From Balanoglossus misakiensis (taxonomy: Eukaryota; Animalia; Hemichordata): 64,000 bases of DNA. The stretch spans positions 2,160,783-2,224,782 of the forward strand of contig CM082580.2 in assembly GCA_040954595.2 (NCBI GenBank), read 5' to 3'. Positions 22,761 to 36,755 of the stretch are shown one piece after another. Within the stretch, counting starts at the first letter, position 1, and every line of letters starts with the position of its first letter. The notes under the pieces are model-generated. The model ran no database searches. It saw only the letters and a program-made list of their open reading frames with translations, and was not told where the DNA came from. Made by a program: the position numbers and the translations under genes.

Positions 22761-25700
22761 ATGTCTGAAACAGGGTACACCAAATCACTGGTTATAACAG
22801 GCCTGGTCGTTGGCGCTGTCGCGACAGCCTGGATCTTGTGGCATAAACAGTCGAAGAGAAAATTGACTGTGGTTGGTAAGGTTTCCGCCGTGTATCTGTA
22901 CCCGGTTAAGTCTTGCGGGCTGATCGAATTGTCAAGTGGCAGGTGTACCAGGATGGGTCTGAGAAGCGGACCTTTGAAAGACAGGTAAATTGAATGTTGA
23001 TCAATCCTTACGTTTATAGGTCTAGGTTTAGAAATGACTCATTTGTGAACAATATACCAATGTCTACACCAAATTCTAAAAATAACTCTTCTAGTTACAT
23101 ACTAAACAGTCACAGTCTGCTGTTCAAATTAGGGTTAAAACACAACTCATGTCAGCACGATATAGAGGCCCTAGGCCTATACTAGACCAACAAAAATCAT
23201 AGCTTACCTTGCAATGTAAAGGAGCCAAATGAAATTTATCAGTTAGGAATTTTATGCATAAATATGAAATTTTGCAAAACTCACGTGATTTTGTTGAAGT
23301 GAAATCGGTTAAATAACTTACCAAATTATAAATTCACGATCCGAGAGCCTTTGACTTCCGCCTTGTCCTCAGCAATCGATGTCGTCTGCAACTCTCCATG
23401 CAATGCATCGAGTGGTCGTCTGCGCCAAATGCAATGCAAACATACTCGCAGATAACGGTAATAGCTTGTAACATAACATAGAGCGATGGCAAAATACGTC
23501 TGGCATTAAATGTCCGACATCGATACCAATTACCCGTGATTTAGGACCTGTCTACGCCAAAACCTTTGACCCTCGGCGAGACAGGTAGGTCAGCCGGCCA
23601 TTTTAGAGACACCGATTTGTCCCACAGTTCAGTGCACACTCATTAGTATTCCTCTCGAACGCGGAGACGTTTGGGTGATCTTTACGATGTTTCGATACGT
23701 CCTCCCGATTTTAAAACTTGGTAAAATCGCGCTCTTGAGTGTTTGGATTCCAGTGATTTAAGTGTACATACTTTTAGTTTCTTAAATATTATCAGTAGCC
23801 AGCTTGAGTATTGTAAATATAGAATAAAATCCGTGTTTTCTCAGTTATCAAAGAAAGAAATGCCAGTACACGTTGAAAGATCAATTTTGTTGGCGTCGTC
23901 ATATCGCGGGGGTGTGAGATCATGATATGCTGGATTGTACTTTCAAACTTATTTCCGAAACTTGGGGCTGTCCACAAGGCGGATCAGCACAATTTTTAAC
24001 TAACTGTGGCGTCGACCCCCTCCCCCCCCCCCTACAAATCGAATCCAAATCTCACGCTGCTTTCGAAATACTTGCTGTTTTTCACCCGATAGATACTGGA
24101 TGATTGTTGATTCTGATGACAAATTCGTGACAATCGGTCACGAACCGAGAATGTGTCTGATTCAACCAAGTCTGTCGGCAGATGAGAAGTATGTACATTT
24201 GGATGTTACTAACATGCCGACGTTGAAATTGCCCATCGACGCCAGTGAAATACCCATAAGCGAACTGGAAATTATCAAAACACGGTATGTATATTATATA
24301 TTCATGATTATTTCTCATATTTTGCTACAGCCTTGTCATAGCGGATGTAGAGATCTTGTCAAGGTTTGTACTTGGCATTTCGATGTTAGGCTCGGTAAAC
24401 CCTCAATTACATGTATGCATTTTTTTTATCAATATTCAGTGTGTGGCGACATGACGTCACGGGGAGATATTGCGGGAAAGAGGCCGAAGCCTGGTTGACT
24501 ACTTTCTTTGACAAAGCAAACTACAAACTCCTTGTCTTGGATGATTTGCCACCGGTGCTGTGCAGCGAGGATCCCAAATACTCAAAGTTTGCCCAGAGGG
24601 AGGACATAGTAGGTTGTGTGTCCCTTGTTTCACTGTTGTAGGTGTCAAGGATATTTGTTATCACCCCCCCCCCCCCGGCGCTGTCCCCCGTTCTCACAAA
24701 CCAAAGCTATCTTAAACTGTTGCTGTAAAGAGCACGTGGTTTACGAGGATGGTTATCCCCGGTAAAGAGATACACTTGTTTCAAGCTCATTACTGAGATC
24801 AGGTGAAGCAAAACCCCGGCCATCATGCAGCAAGTCATTTATAATTGTAGTTTTGCAGATATTTTTCATTATGTTTAACCAAATAATGATCGTGTGCATA
24901 TGAACGCAGATATGACTGTCAGACTTTGCACTCAGGATAGTTAATCCAAGATCATACACAGTCTGTTTGTTTGTTTGTTTGTTTAATATCTGTAGATAGC
25001 TTACCAAAACAACAGTCCATACCTGATCACTGGAGAAGGGTCTCTGACGGATCTAAACCAGAGACTTGAAAACCCTGTCACGATGAAGAATTTTAGACCA
25101 AATTTGGTGGTGTCGGGAACCCAGGCATTTGAAGAGGTATGGTTTCAAGCATAATTGTGCCGTCCACCACAATTCACACATGTCGGTTGCCACACAGAGT
25201 CCAGCAGTTTGACAAAGCACTAGCCGCGGTTTACAATCCGAATCATTAGAAAGTTAAAACTAAATATTCTAAATTTTCTTTATTTCTTGTCTTCTTTCCC
25301 TTCTCCTCGCCCTGTTTTGTGTCAGGATAAATGGAAATACTTGCAAATTGGTGATGCATGTTTCAGACGATTTAAGTACTGTCAGAGGTACGTGTCGCTC
25401 TCAGATATCAGATACAATATACACATGTGTATAGGCGCATATGCACAATAACCAGAGTTTTGTCTGGCGTTGATACAATTTAATCTCAATTACTTTTCAG
25501 GTGTAAAATAACCACGGTTGACCCAGAGACTGGTATAAGGCATACATCAGAACCAATGGAAACACTTAAAAGGTAAAAGCGTATTCAGGCCCTGTAGGAC
25601 AAGGAGCAAAGTTCCGGATATATAAAATAACTGGAAATTTATTTTCGGTCATTTTATGATTTTAACATTTTAACATTAAGTTATTTTCAATTTATTGGTA

Positions 25701-26053
25701 CCGCATAAACGCGAATAACAGTAGTACAGCTGTACAAACGACCCACAAGAAACAGGGACATGAGATTCAAACGGCAGCTGATGATTGTCACTAAAGAAAA
25801 AGTACTCCCCGTCCAGTCGCTCCAGTTTGCTAACTCTAGTAGCGAGTATGCACATTTTGGTCATGTGACAAAGACTGCAGAACTCATGGTAAACTTTCTG
25901 TATTTTGTGTCGTGTAGTTATCGACTGTGTAACGACGAGAACCCGGACAAATCGATCTACGGACAAAGTCCACTGTTCGGCGTCAACATGGCCATCGTGA
26001 AAGAGGGCACTGTTCGTGTCGGAGACATGGTGTACGCCAGCTATGATGATTAG
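22761..26053 (+). CDS. MARC: Mitochondrial amidoxime-reducing component (MOSC family); exons 22761-22984, 24093-24284, 24440-24608, 24996-25136, 25326-25387, 25501-25572, 25918-26053
   Basis: N-terminal TM anchor, then YLYPVKSC, DRYWMIV, SLTDLNQRL, NFRPNLVV, CQRCKITTVDPETG (Moco-ligating Cys) and SPLFGVN. All introns are GT-AG and in phase, with no stops. Confidence 0.93.
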
Positions 26054-26101
26054 ACGCACTGTAGTCACCCCCCCCCCCCGTGGGAAGACCTGCATTGAGC
26101 T

Positions 26102-27471
26102 TTATTGTCCAGTGTTGTTTTTCCTGTCGACTCGAAGTTCATCGGTATCCATGACCTGGGTGTGTGTTCTCATACGCAACCAAAAATGTAATTTTAATGA
26201 CACCTGCGAAAAAGACTCGTCCGCTAGTTTGCTTTCTTGGGAACGGATTTTTTTGCAAGAAATCTGTCTATTCTTTAACCTGACCTCCCCCTGGGAAAGG
26301 GTGTCATCTGTACTATAAAGTTTAACATGTACATTTTGTCCGTAGATAAAAAAGACTGCTTTAGGCCTAAATAACTCCTGTATTCGTGTGATGTCTTTGC
26401 GGCAAGATGTACTGAATATACTTGCACTGTAGAGAAGTCCTGCACCTATGAGTGACAGTGCAACTGACATCCAACTCACTATAATGGAGTAGCCCCAGGT
26501 GTAAAAGATGTTGTTATCGCCTGCGTATCTGGATGTTCTGGCTGAGTACCATCCACTTCTGATCAAAGCTACCAAACCTGGTAGAAGAAAAGGGAGAAGA
26601 GAGGGGAGAGAGAGAGGGGGAGTCGAGGGAGAGAGAGAGAAAGAGCAAATTAGGAGAGAGGGGGGGGGAGAGGGGGTATGGAATCAGATCAATAACATTG
26701 TGACTATAGCACATGCAGATTATGCACCTTTTCAATAATTACCCATTAAAGTTTAATTAGTCGATTCTCTTCTCTTGCCTAGAACGCAGAAGCTCCGAAT
26801 TTCGGAATTATATAGACATTTAAAACGTTTCAGTTGCTGATAGCAAATGTGGTTCCCGTTGAAAACGACCACAATGAGCAACTTACAACAATGTGTTGAG
26901 AGAAAATGTCGTTGGGAACATTTTGTGTCCAACCTAGCGCGCACACAAATCTTAGACACGATTCTACATTATTCATGGCAAACGAGATTCTATTGTTGAT
27001 TCACAAAAACTTGCTATGGATTTTAAATAAAGTGACGTATGAGAATTGCCTACTTCAATAGAAAAAGAGTTCGTTAAAATAATACGCTAAAGGTACTGAA
27101 ATAACGGTGCATGCAATATAGTTTGGTATTTCCAATTCCTGAAAACTTGTATACTCAAGATCAGTAAAATAAGAAATTAAATAAAATCAAACAGTGTTTA
27201 AAACTGAATCTGAATAAAATAGAATAGTGTTCTATCCGGTTTCTTCCGTTCCGATTGGTGTAGATTTCTAAGACGCTAATATGAATTTGACGGTTTTTGT
27301 AGAAAAAGGGTGAAAACAAACACGTACTTGAAAGGAACATGAGGATACTGGCACTTTTGACTTTTTCTGCACTCAGTCGCCCACTGAAGATGAAGATTAA
27401 CATCAGGGTTGTGGTGATAGTAATGATACAAGCAAGAACCATGCAGAACTGGGCGCCTCTTACTTGAACTG

Positions 27472-27504
<33 letters not shown>

Positions 27505-28021
27505 GGCAGGCAGGCAGACAGACACATAGAAATACAGACATATACGGACAGACAGATTGGAAAAAGAAAACTATCGAATCAATGATATTTATGGTAACTG
27601 TGACAAAAATCTTTGCACTGTTTTAATGCTGCTATGAAAGTGATAGTGTTGGTTTTGTTGGGTAAACAATACGTTCGCGTTACGACGGCTAACTCAGCAA
27701 GATCATGAAGAGCTGACACAATTTGCGCGTATCCGAATCAATAAGGCAAAACCAACAACAATTTCCAGAGTTCGATGAAGGGAGATACCAGTAGTTTCAT
27801 TTAATACATGCGGTCGAGTTCCAGTCCAGTGGTTTGTGGCTGCAGTTCGTGCGCGCAGCTGACGGTGACGAGACGCACTCGCGCCACAGTCCGTAGGTGT
27901 GTGTCAGGCGAAGTTTGTCGTCCGTCACTTTGTGCCACGCAGACGTCGCTGTACTGACTATCTGAAACACCAGAGCCGTCACAGTCACTACGAAGCCGAG
28001 GATAGGTAACGTGGGACCCAT
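26102..28021 (-). CDS. PMP-22/EMP/claudin-superfamily tetraspan protein; exons 28021-27808, 27468-27328, 26577-26102
   Basis: TM1 followed by the W..GLW..C..C signature (AWH..TYGLWREC..NC), three more hydrophobic segments and WGYS before TM4. Intron phases are compatible; the C-terminal extent is uncertain. Confidence 0.75.
27472..27556. repeat. (CAGA)n microsatellite
   Basis: Directly visible next to a splice acceptor of the claudin-like gene. Confidence 0.9.
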
Positions 28022-29088
28022 GGCGTCTGCTTCATTGCCAAAATTCGGAGTAAAATCAGCAACAAAACGGACCAGAAGACACCAGAGTACGTCCGTAATT
28101 GTCCCTCTTTGACCCTGTGCGTGTGACAATACAGTTGTAAATCTTTATCAGTTGCAAACCAGTGAAGCGAGAAAAGTTTTACCTCCCAAGGTGCATTGTC
28201 AGCGACAGATAAAGTCCTTATTCCGCACAGGAAACTTATACACTGAAAATATTCACTGTCGTCCTTTTAGTTCCGCAGCTTAGGAACCACCAGTTGTCTT
28301 CTTTTCATCTGGTAATTTAATTGAGAATTTTAAGAGTACATATTCTCTCACCTTTCGTTTTTCTGCGTGGTCTATGACCTTACGGGGGACAATTTGAATG
28401 AATGAATCCGGTTGACATTTTGGCCAACACAAGTCATGCGTCAGCCGGGCAATAAGTACTGTATTATTGATAACTATGAGAAATGGCCATAGGGAGGCAA
28501 CTAGTGTATAAACGCACTGTGTGAAGTTTTGAAATATTGTAGCTGCCTACAACACCAAGTCTCGCAAATAGATGCAACTGAATTTTTTTATATTTCTCTG
28601 TCAAAGAAATCTGAGATTTGTGCTACACAGTACATATGTGTAAGCTACGAGAATAGTCCTATTTGCAGGTTGGCGCCCCCTCGCAAAAACACATTTTTCA
28701 CTTTGGTAATCACACAAATAAAAGAACCACCACATAGTCACTAGAAGACATTAGACAGATTTTAGAAAAAGACTAACAGAATTTATTTGGGTAAAAAGGG
28801 TGGCTAACTTGTCAACATGATCTGAATACTTATGACTGACATAATACATGCATTGTTACAATATTACATGTTTTTTTTAACAAGCTGCCATTTCTGTTCT
28901 GTTAATACGTACACTTGGCAACAGGTTTTGTATGGTTCAAGTCATTCAAAATTCCAGAAATCTCTAAAATATTCAGGTGTTTTCCAGGTATAGGATACCA
29001 CGCTCTTTTCTGAGAGTGATTGTACACTGTATTCTTATCAAGCATTTTGCTTTCGCGATTGATGAATAATTATCCTACATAGAGTGGT

Positions 29089-32000
29089 CTATGAGTTACA
29101 AACCGTGGCTTGTTTGATGGTCATTGTCTCGTCCATGAGGAACTTCTCTATGACGCTGAGGAGATTTTAATTGCTTCTCGTCATCTGCTTCTCCATGGCA
29201 ATCTTGAAATCCTCCTCTCCTCCTTTTGTCACACCCCTTGTTACCGTCCTGGTCCTGAAACAAGAGACAATTGATCCATTGGCACTGAACCACAAGTGAT
29301 CAATGTCACACTAAGTGGCAGAAAGTTGCATATTAACTGCAAGAATTCAAAGGTACACACATCTTATTTGGAGGAAGAACTTGGTCCCAAAATACAGTGC
29401 ATCCCTCCCATATGTTAAGAGCAGAATACAGTCTAGTATAACCTTGGACACTCTGAGGTTCGCAGTTTCATCATCTATAAATAATTTACACATGATAAAC
29501 TTTTTCACCAAAATTCATATTACATGTACTAGACTTCATATGCGATATGGATTTCTACATTTCCCACTGATGGCAGAACATTTCACAACATCAACCCTGT
29601 AACTTTGGAGGTAATTTAACTCTAAGACACGACATCTGCAGAACATCACCCTCTATCATACCTTTGATGTGCCACTGGGTGAGGAATGAGATCCAAGTCG
29701 ACTCTACAGCCCTCATCAGTCTTCAGGTAGGCAATATCTTCTAGTACGTCAACATCTGTGTTGTGAGACTTGTAAGAATAATACTTGCAGGCAACTAGAC
29801 ACAGTGGCACAGACACGCATTGTCACTTTCAGCCTGTCGGATAAACTCCAATTAATGGGTGTCCCACCGTTCAGCCACCCATTGCTAGAGTACATAACTA
29901 TCTTGGTATGTGCAAATGGGCATTAGAATCTTCACAAATTCAAAATGGTGTTGTCTGTCGTCTTAGGAGAGGGACAAGATTTAGGTCTTTTATCGATTAA
30001 AAATATGCTTCAAGTGGCAGCCATTGGGGCTTTAATACCAGCTTTGAAAGAATACGAATGACGCAATTGAAGAACGGAAGGTAGGTCAGGCTGCCCTGTT
30101 GACTTATGACCTCCAGCACCTGATTGAAGAGCTTCTCTTCCTTTGGTCAATCATACTGCATCATTGTTATCATGTGACCCAAGGCCAGTTCATTGACACC
30201 ACCACTGTTGAAGATTTTCTCTGAAACGAATAATAATAAATAGTTACACCAAAATCTATTAAAACTGTAAGAGTCATATATTTAAAATAATACAGGCAAA
30301 TCACAAAACAAATCACATCAAAATATATTGAAAACATACAGACAAATTACATCAAAATCTAACAATCATGATGGTTAAGTTTCCACTACTGTGTAATAAA
30401 CACTTTGCATTCAAACTACAACATACTTTAATGACCCTACCTTAAAACACATGAGTATAAGTTTGATGCAGTAGGGCAGAATGTAGGTGGGCGGGGAGGA
30501 CACAAATTGGAGACTGTGGGCGGGCTTGGTTTACACTGGAGAGAGTGGCTTAAAGTCCACTGTGTCGGGCAGCTTGGCGACCGCATTCAGGGCCATGTCA
30601 CAGGCTTTCTGATTGGATGAAACAGTAAAGAGTGAGTGTCACAGGCTTTCTGATTGGGTGAATAAGAAGTTTAGAAATGGTGAGCGATATCATACTCATG
30701 TCACAGGCTTTCTGATAGGCCCCGGCGAATCAGATATTTGAAAAGGGTAAGTGAAATATAGCATTTAATTTATCAGGATTTGATGCACTACATGAATATG
30801 TGTGTAAAGAATACAAAACTGATTATTGCAATGTTGAAACACGATAAACCATGTCAATACCATGTCAACAACATAGATGGGGTATGCTTCAAACGTGGTG
30901 TGTTAAACTTTAGGCAGAGCTTTGTCAATGATCGTGTTAATAATTGATTTCATACAAATGATGAATATGACATTACTTGATAATCTTTCATGGCAAGGAA
31001 ACATGACGATAGTTGAAGAGAAGCCTCAAGTTCACCCTGCAAAAAGAATGCATTTACATTATTGCTGGTAGTCCTGAAAATCCGACAAGTAAACATGTTC
31101 TGTTGCACCAGTATTTGTGTGTGAAATAAGGTTTTAATGTTGGAAATTTGCATGCTTCTTTGCTGAAGAGGGATAATCAGTTGTTTTGTCCTGTTTTGTT
31201 TTCTGTCAAACTAACCTGCAGTTCCCCGGACTCTTGTTTGTCCTCTAACATTATCAGTGCTTTGGCCGTGTCTCCCTGTGTGAAAACAAACACAGTCAAC
31301 AAGAAACACTCTGGGTTGAAATGAAAATGTACAACTGAGTCTAATTCAGCAAAGTCCAGAAATTATTAAAATCGCACTTGTTTCTAGTTATTGTTGATGG
31401 TGGTGGTGGTGGTGGTGGTGGTGGAATTTTGCCCAAGTTCTTATCGTATGTTGTTATAGTAACACTATGGTTTGCACTGAAACTGACAACAACAGTTCTT
31501 AACAAATCTGGCCAGTGTTAAATAGGTAGAATTAGACATTATACTTAGAGAGAAGATTCCCATATCAATTTGGAATGACACCAACCAAGCCCATCTTTCT
31601 GACCGCCAATGATGTAATAACCACTTGAAATCTTCAAATATAAAAGAACACAATGGTCATTTCAAAACTTGAGTTCACACAGGAAATATCTGTACATAAC
31701 AAAATGCAGGTTACAAATTCGTAGCGGCTGTGATTACCTAGATCACCACTCTCTGTGGTAAATCTGGCTTAATTTACAGAGGTGACCATTATATACAATG
31801 TACATGTACCTTCAATTCCAAACTCAGAAAGCAATCGTGTAGTCTTCATCATGGCAGCTGAAGAATATTCCTTAGAAAAAAGTTTGCTTACCTTTATCAA
31901 ATGTTTCATCAGAGTGAAGTAACTGCCATCAATGGACAGCTGTAGTGAATGCTTCCAGTAACTCAGACATGTCTTTACTTAACCAAACACACTGATTTGA

Positions 32001-35000
32001 TCTTTGCTGCTCTCTCCACCATCATCCTAATCAAAAGACACAGACCAACATTCGATGAACACAAACAACTGATATAAGATGTAACTGACCGTATGTAAAA
32101 ACAGAAATGTCTAAAATAAAAACTGTTAAAAATTGGTGAATTCTTCCACGTGACATGAATTTGCATCTGAATTCCTCTCATACCATGCAATTAATTTAAT
32201 TCAACGTATATAATGATTTTGATGAAATTTTCTGACAAGTTACTTTAAGAGTGCCAGCGTGTATGCTAGACTTCACCTTTTCCAGCTTGGCTCGTTTGTG
32301 TTCACTTCTGTACTTTTTTCCTCTTTAGAGCCACATCCACATTGTGAAGTAGAACCAGAGTGACGTACTGAAAACCCACTGCCTGTAAAGGAAGACAATA
32401 CCTTTGTCATGCAATGTTTTCACGGAAAAAGGAGTGTATTTATATTTTTCAACATCAAACATCAAAGAGAGTATTGAGGAAATGTCCACTAGCATTACGA
32501 ATGCTGGCACTGTATGACAAAAATGCTGAGGAAATCCTGTTAGTTACAGGACATGGTTGCTACAGGGCACCAGCGTGTACACCAGACTGGTATTCCAGCT
32601 ATCTGCACAACCGCCACACTGCCACACACGCACTGCATGTCTTGTAACATTGAACCTACCTGCAAACTGTTTGGGATCTCGGAACTTGAGAAAGTTGCGA
32701 AGACACTGAAAGAAGAGCAGGATCAGGGAATAGAGGATCGGTTTCAGATGCGGCGTCTTGTTCTCTTCTGCGATCTTGTTACAGCTCTTGTAGACCCTGG
32801 ATAGGTACAGCCACTGTTGTCTGCTGTTCCTATAAAAAATAGAAACACAATGTTATTGTTAGAGTTGGCTGTTCCCTTAGTAAATATCTTATATATTGTA
32901 GCATTTTGTCCGAAAGTTCTAAAATGGATTTTTGAACGTTTTTTTAACTTTGAGTCACGTGGTACTTATGCAAATAATACCTGTGACCTATTCATTTTTG
33001 CATTTTGTGTTACCCAGGTTTTCCAATAATGGATGCATTATCAGGGTACTATATCTAGTATTTGATTGAAAATTCTCTGTTTCAAGGGGAAATACAAGTT
33101 GGAGTGGAGGGGAAACAGAAGAGAATGTGCTGGATAGATTTACCTGTCTGTTGGCACAACATTTTCAGTGTTCCATCCAAGTCGGGTTGCAGATAACATC
33201 AATAAATTGTGCAAGCTAGACCACGGACTGTCAACCTGGCTCTCTCACTCAGTCAGTCCATCAATGTGTGTATACCTGCCAAAGAAGATGGACAGATTAC
33301 CCAATTATCGTTCGCACACACAACAGGATATTCTTTAGAGGGACAAAGTCACTCATAGTTGACGTCATTTTTGTTTGATAGATTACTTGTGTTGTACTGC
33401 TAACTTAAACATGCTGAATGACCAACTTTCAAAGCCAAACTCGAGTTATAAGAAAATACTAAATTGAGTATCAACTTCTGTCCTTTAATCATCACACAAA
33501 AATCTCATGAAACAAGACAAGCAGACTTGGTGCAATCTAAACCATGTTGTTGTTAGCACTGAACTACTGCAAAAGGGTCAAAGCATTTCGTACAAGGACA
33601 TAGTACATGTACATGAATGCTCCTAATTTATCAAGTAGCCACGCCAGTCGCTCAGGTGAAGTCTGTCCTGTGCGGGCCATCTCACTACATATGTACTGCT
33701 CTACAACACAATTTGATAGTTGTTTCTGAGGCAGACTAAGAACTGACAGATCAATCCCAAGTCCCAAAGTACCACAAGCTCAATTACCTTGATGATGAGG
33801 AATCTGGAGACTTGGGTGGACTCTTGAAGCCAGAGCCGTCCAACTTGGGCCTGCCCACAAAGCTGACGTAGAACTCCACAGATTTCTGCAGCCACTTGGA
33901 CAGGTGTTTGTTGCTGTACTCGGTGTCGCGGTTGGACAGAATTATTGGCAGCACATCACACACTGCAAAGAAACAAATCGAGATAATTGACGATTATCTA
34001 CAGATTGCGAGATCTTGCAAGACTTGGTTAATTAATGTAGCAACAGGTTGCTAGCCAAGTAATACAAGTCAAGCTTTGTATGAAACTAGAACGGGTGCAG
34101 ATTTTAACAAAATTTATAATTTTTGTGCTGTTTAACATGATGGGCCATATGTGTTGTTTGTCCTGTTTCAAATGAGAATGTCCTCCCATATAAACGGCCT
34201 GGCTATGCGATATCTCGCAGGCCCTAGAAATCCATTCATACGACATTCATGTTTATACCGGTAATCTATGGACATACCCAGAAGTTTACGGAAGCAGTTG
34301 ACTGGATTCTTCTCTGCTTGCATCTTTTCTGCATTCAACAAAGTCTCAACGAGCTTGACCTGAATTTGAAGGAAAGCAAACAAACATCTGATTTGGTTTT
34401 AATCATGTGGGTTAAAATTGTACAGCACTTAAAAATATTACACTATACAGCATTTGGTTTAATTTGATTAAGCTTGTTCCTTGATCACTTTTGGTGATCA
34501 AGACAATAACTTAGGTGGTGGGAACTGCACTTTTCATCTAAATCCACCCCTTTGGCCCTCCGCAAATATATCTCGGTGGGTTTGATTTGTCTGACGAGAC
34601 ACAACTTACCCAATGGGTCACGGCAGCTGTGGAGAATCTACAAAGCAGGAGAAGCTGTAATTTATAGTGTGCCAAAATTTCCTTGGTATGCTCTGTAGTG
34701 AAAATACACAAATTGCACCAAATGGTGGATTGAAGTCAGACTACCACACTAATGATACCGCACTGATGATAATACACATACTCTCAAATACAACAATGAC
34801 CACACGCAAAGGCAATAACAAGCCCAGATACATAACAAGTGTCTTTACAAACCTGAAACTTAAAGTAAAATGTCGTGCTGTGCTTGACTCGGCAGTGCTT
34901 CAAACAACTTTGTAATGTGATGAGACACAATGTAGGATTAGCCCTTTCACTTACCACCATGGTTTGGTCTAAACTCATTGTTTTCTATGATGTAATTTGA

Positions 35001-35500
35001 CCTAAGCCCTCTCAATATTAAAGGGAATGGGAGTGAAGGGGCTAAGAGTTGTTAGGACAAATCTGATGGTGTTTTTGGAGAAGACTGGGTGTGTACACTT
35101 CATCGCAATGCAAGTACTGGCATATTCTGATTTGTTTTCTCACCTGACAGGAATGTGGTATAGGGATCTGATTGGTCAGACTGCATCGCCATGGTGATGC
35201 AGTTCAGCTCTTGCCACAGAATGGCCTCATGATTGAATTGAATGAATCTGTGGAAAGATGCAGAGTACGGTGTGTGTGATTGATTATTACAGCTGCAATC
35301 ATGGAGACGATGGAAAACAACACAGAATGCATACTTGGTTTGAGACTGTGTTTAGGCTTAACTGTACTGTGCAGAAACTCATCAACGTACAGCAACTTAA
35401 CCTTACATTATTCAGACTACCAAATCATACTTACAGGACTGAGGTTGTGATCTCGTAGCTTCCTTCAGCTGCCTTGAAGATTTAGCAATGCAGTATGACT
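29089..35500 (-). pseudogene. INTS10: Integrator complex subunit 10, unprocessed pseudogene
   Basis: Exons match INTS10: ILWQELNCIT, NPVNCFRKL, CDVLPII, WRSERWAWL, ILPYCIKLILMCFK, LALGHMITMMQYD*PK, LEDIAYLKTDEG and TVTRGVTKGGEEDFKIAMEKQ. In-frame stops near 30532, 30148 and 29168, and a donor mutated to CTAAGT near 31545. Confidence 0.88.
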
Positions 35501-35919
35501 GGTACTGGAAATCGAAACACGGTATTGAGAGAGTGACAGAAGTTAACAATCATCATACAACCACGACAAACTGCAACAGTACTAGCTCTGCGTGGCAGGG
35601 CTTTGCTGCAGTTTGCAGCCCCTCCCCTGGACGATTTTTGGTTTTGCGGGGAGAGGGCGGGGCTGCAGGTCCCAGCTATTCTAAACCGCACAACGAGCGA
35701 CCGGGATTTGGGCCCGGAGCGAATTTCTACACTCCAAACGTCTCCAGTCCACAATTTTCCACAATTTTTTTCGCCAAATCGGTCCCGGAACCCATTCAGC
35801 GCTTACCTGGCAAAGGATGTCACGGTATTTGTCGATTTTGTCTACGTTTTCCCCAGTTATTCAACTTCAATCGGCAATGGGTTTCAAAACAGCCGCCATC
35901 TTGACTTGTATATTTCTTG

Positions 35920-36208
35920 ACGTTGGCCGACCTAGGTCATGTTTTCCACGAGTGTACGAGTGACGTCGGGCGACCTAGGCCGTGTTTTCCACGATTACGG
36001 TAGCAGGAAATGACACATTAATTTTTTAAAAATGTTTTTATCATCATAAACAACGACAACACGATTCATTCCTCTATTCCCTGCGATTTGTTATTGGATC
36101 CAGGGTGCACCGCTCGATTACTAAAAGACGCTTCCGGTTCGCGCAAAATTTAACGTGCAGTGATCCCAGACTCTCTTTCTCGCACAGCACCCTCTAGAGA
36201 CGAGAGAA
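35920..36208. mobile_element. Truncated end of the AcademH MITE family seen at 13782-14365
   Basis: Near-identical to ~14080-14336 but lacks the last ~30 bp of the terminus. Confidence 0.85.
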
Positions 36209-36755
36209 CGGCGACGTGGTTCCTACATCTGATTTTAATCAGATTGGGTATTGCCTGGCCCCGGACGATTGCGCGGAGTGTGCCGGTCAGTCAGGCAGAA
36301 CGTGCGAGGAAGGTAACTTTTCGTCGCTTTCTTTTTGCGAGGCAGAAAGTGTCAATATTGAGTTTATCGAATGTGCCGTAGGACGTTAGTGTAAACATGT
36401 ACATGTATATGTTCAATCGGTTTCTCTAGTAGGCTCTGGAATAGAACACACCAGGTTTACTAGTATACTGCAGTATTCTGTGGAGCACTAGATTCCAGTG
36501 AAATAGATTGTTTGCCATTTATTTGTTCTGCCAGCCTTTTTGGAATTCTTTACATAGTCCACATATTTCCGTGTCACGTGTAGACAATGATTTGAGTTAA
36601 CACCACGGAACCTTAATATTCTGATATTTTGTCGTATAAGTTTGTCATTTTCAGTTTAATCTCCGGAACAGCCCGGCATAGTATTGAACTTGTGCCACCT
36701 AACTCATCTCAGGACAAATGAACGTGAATCTTGCCTGTCGGTGTTACAAAATGGT

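Noticed and set aside
29089-35900. Selenocysteine or stop-codon reassignment explaining in-frame TGA in INTS10
   Set aside because: TAA stops and a dead splice donor also occur, and neighbouring intact genes use TGG for Trp.
35488-35920. Plus-strand 138-aa and 105-aa ORFs
   Set aside because: GC-rich antisense frames over the INTS10 5' region with no domain signal.
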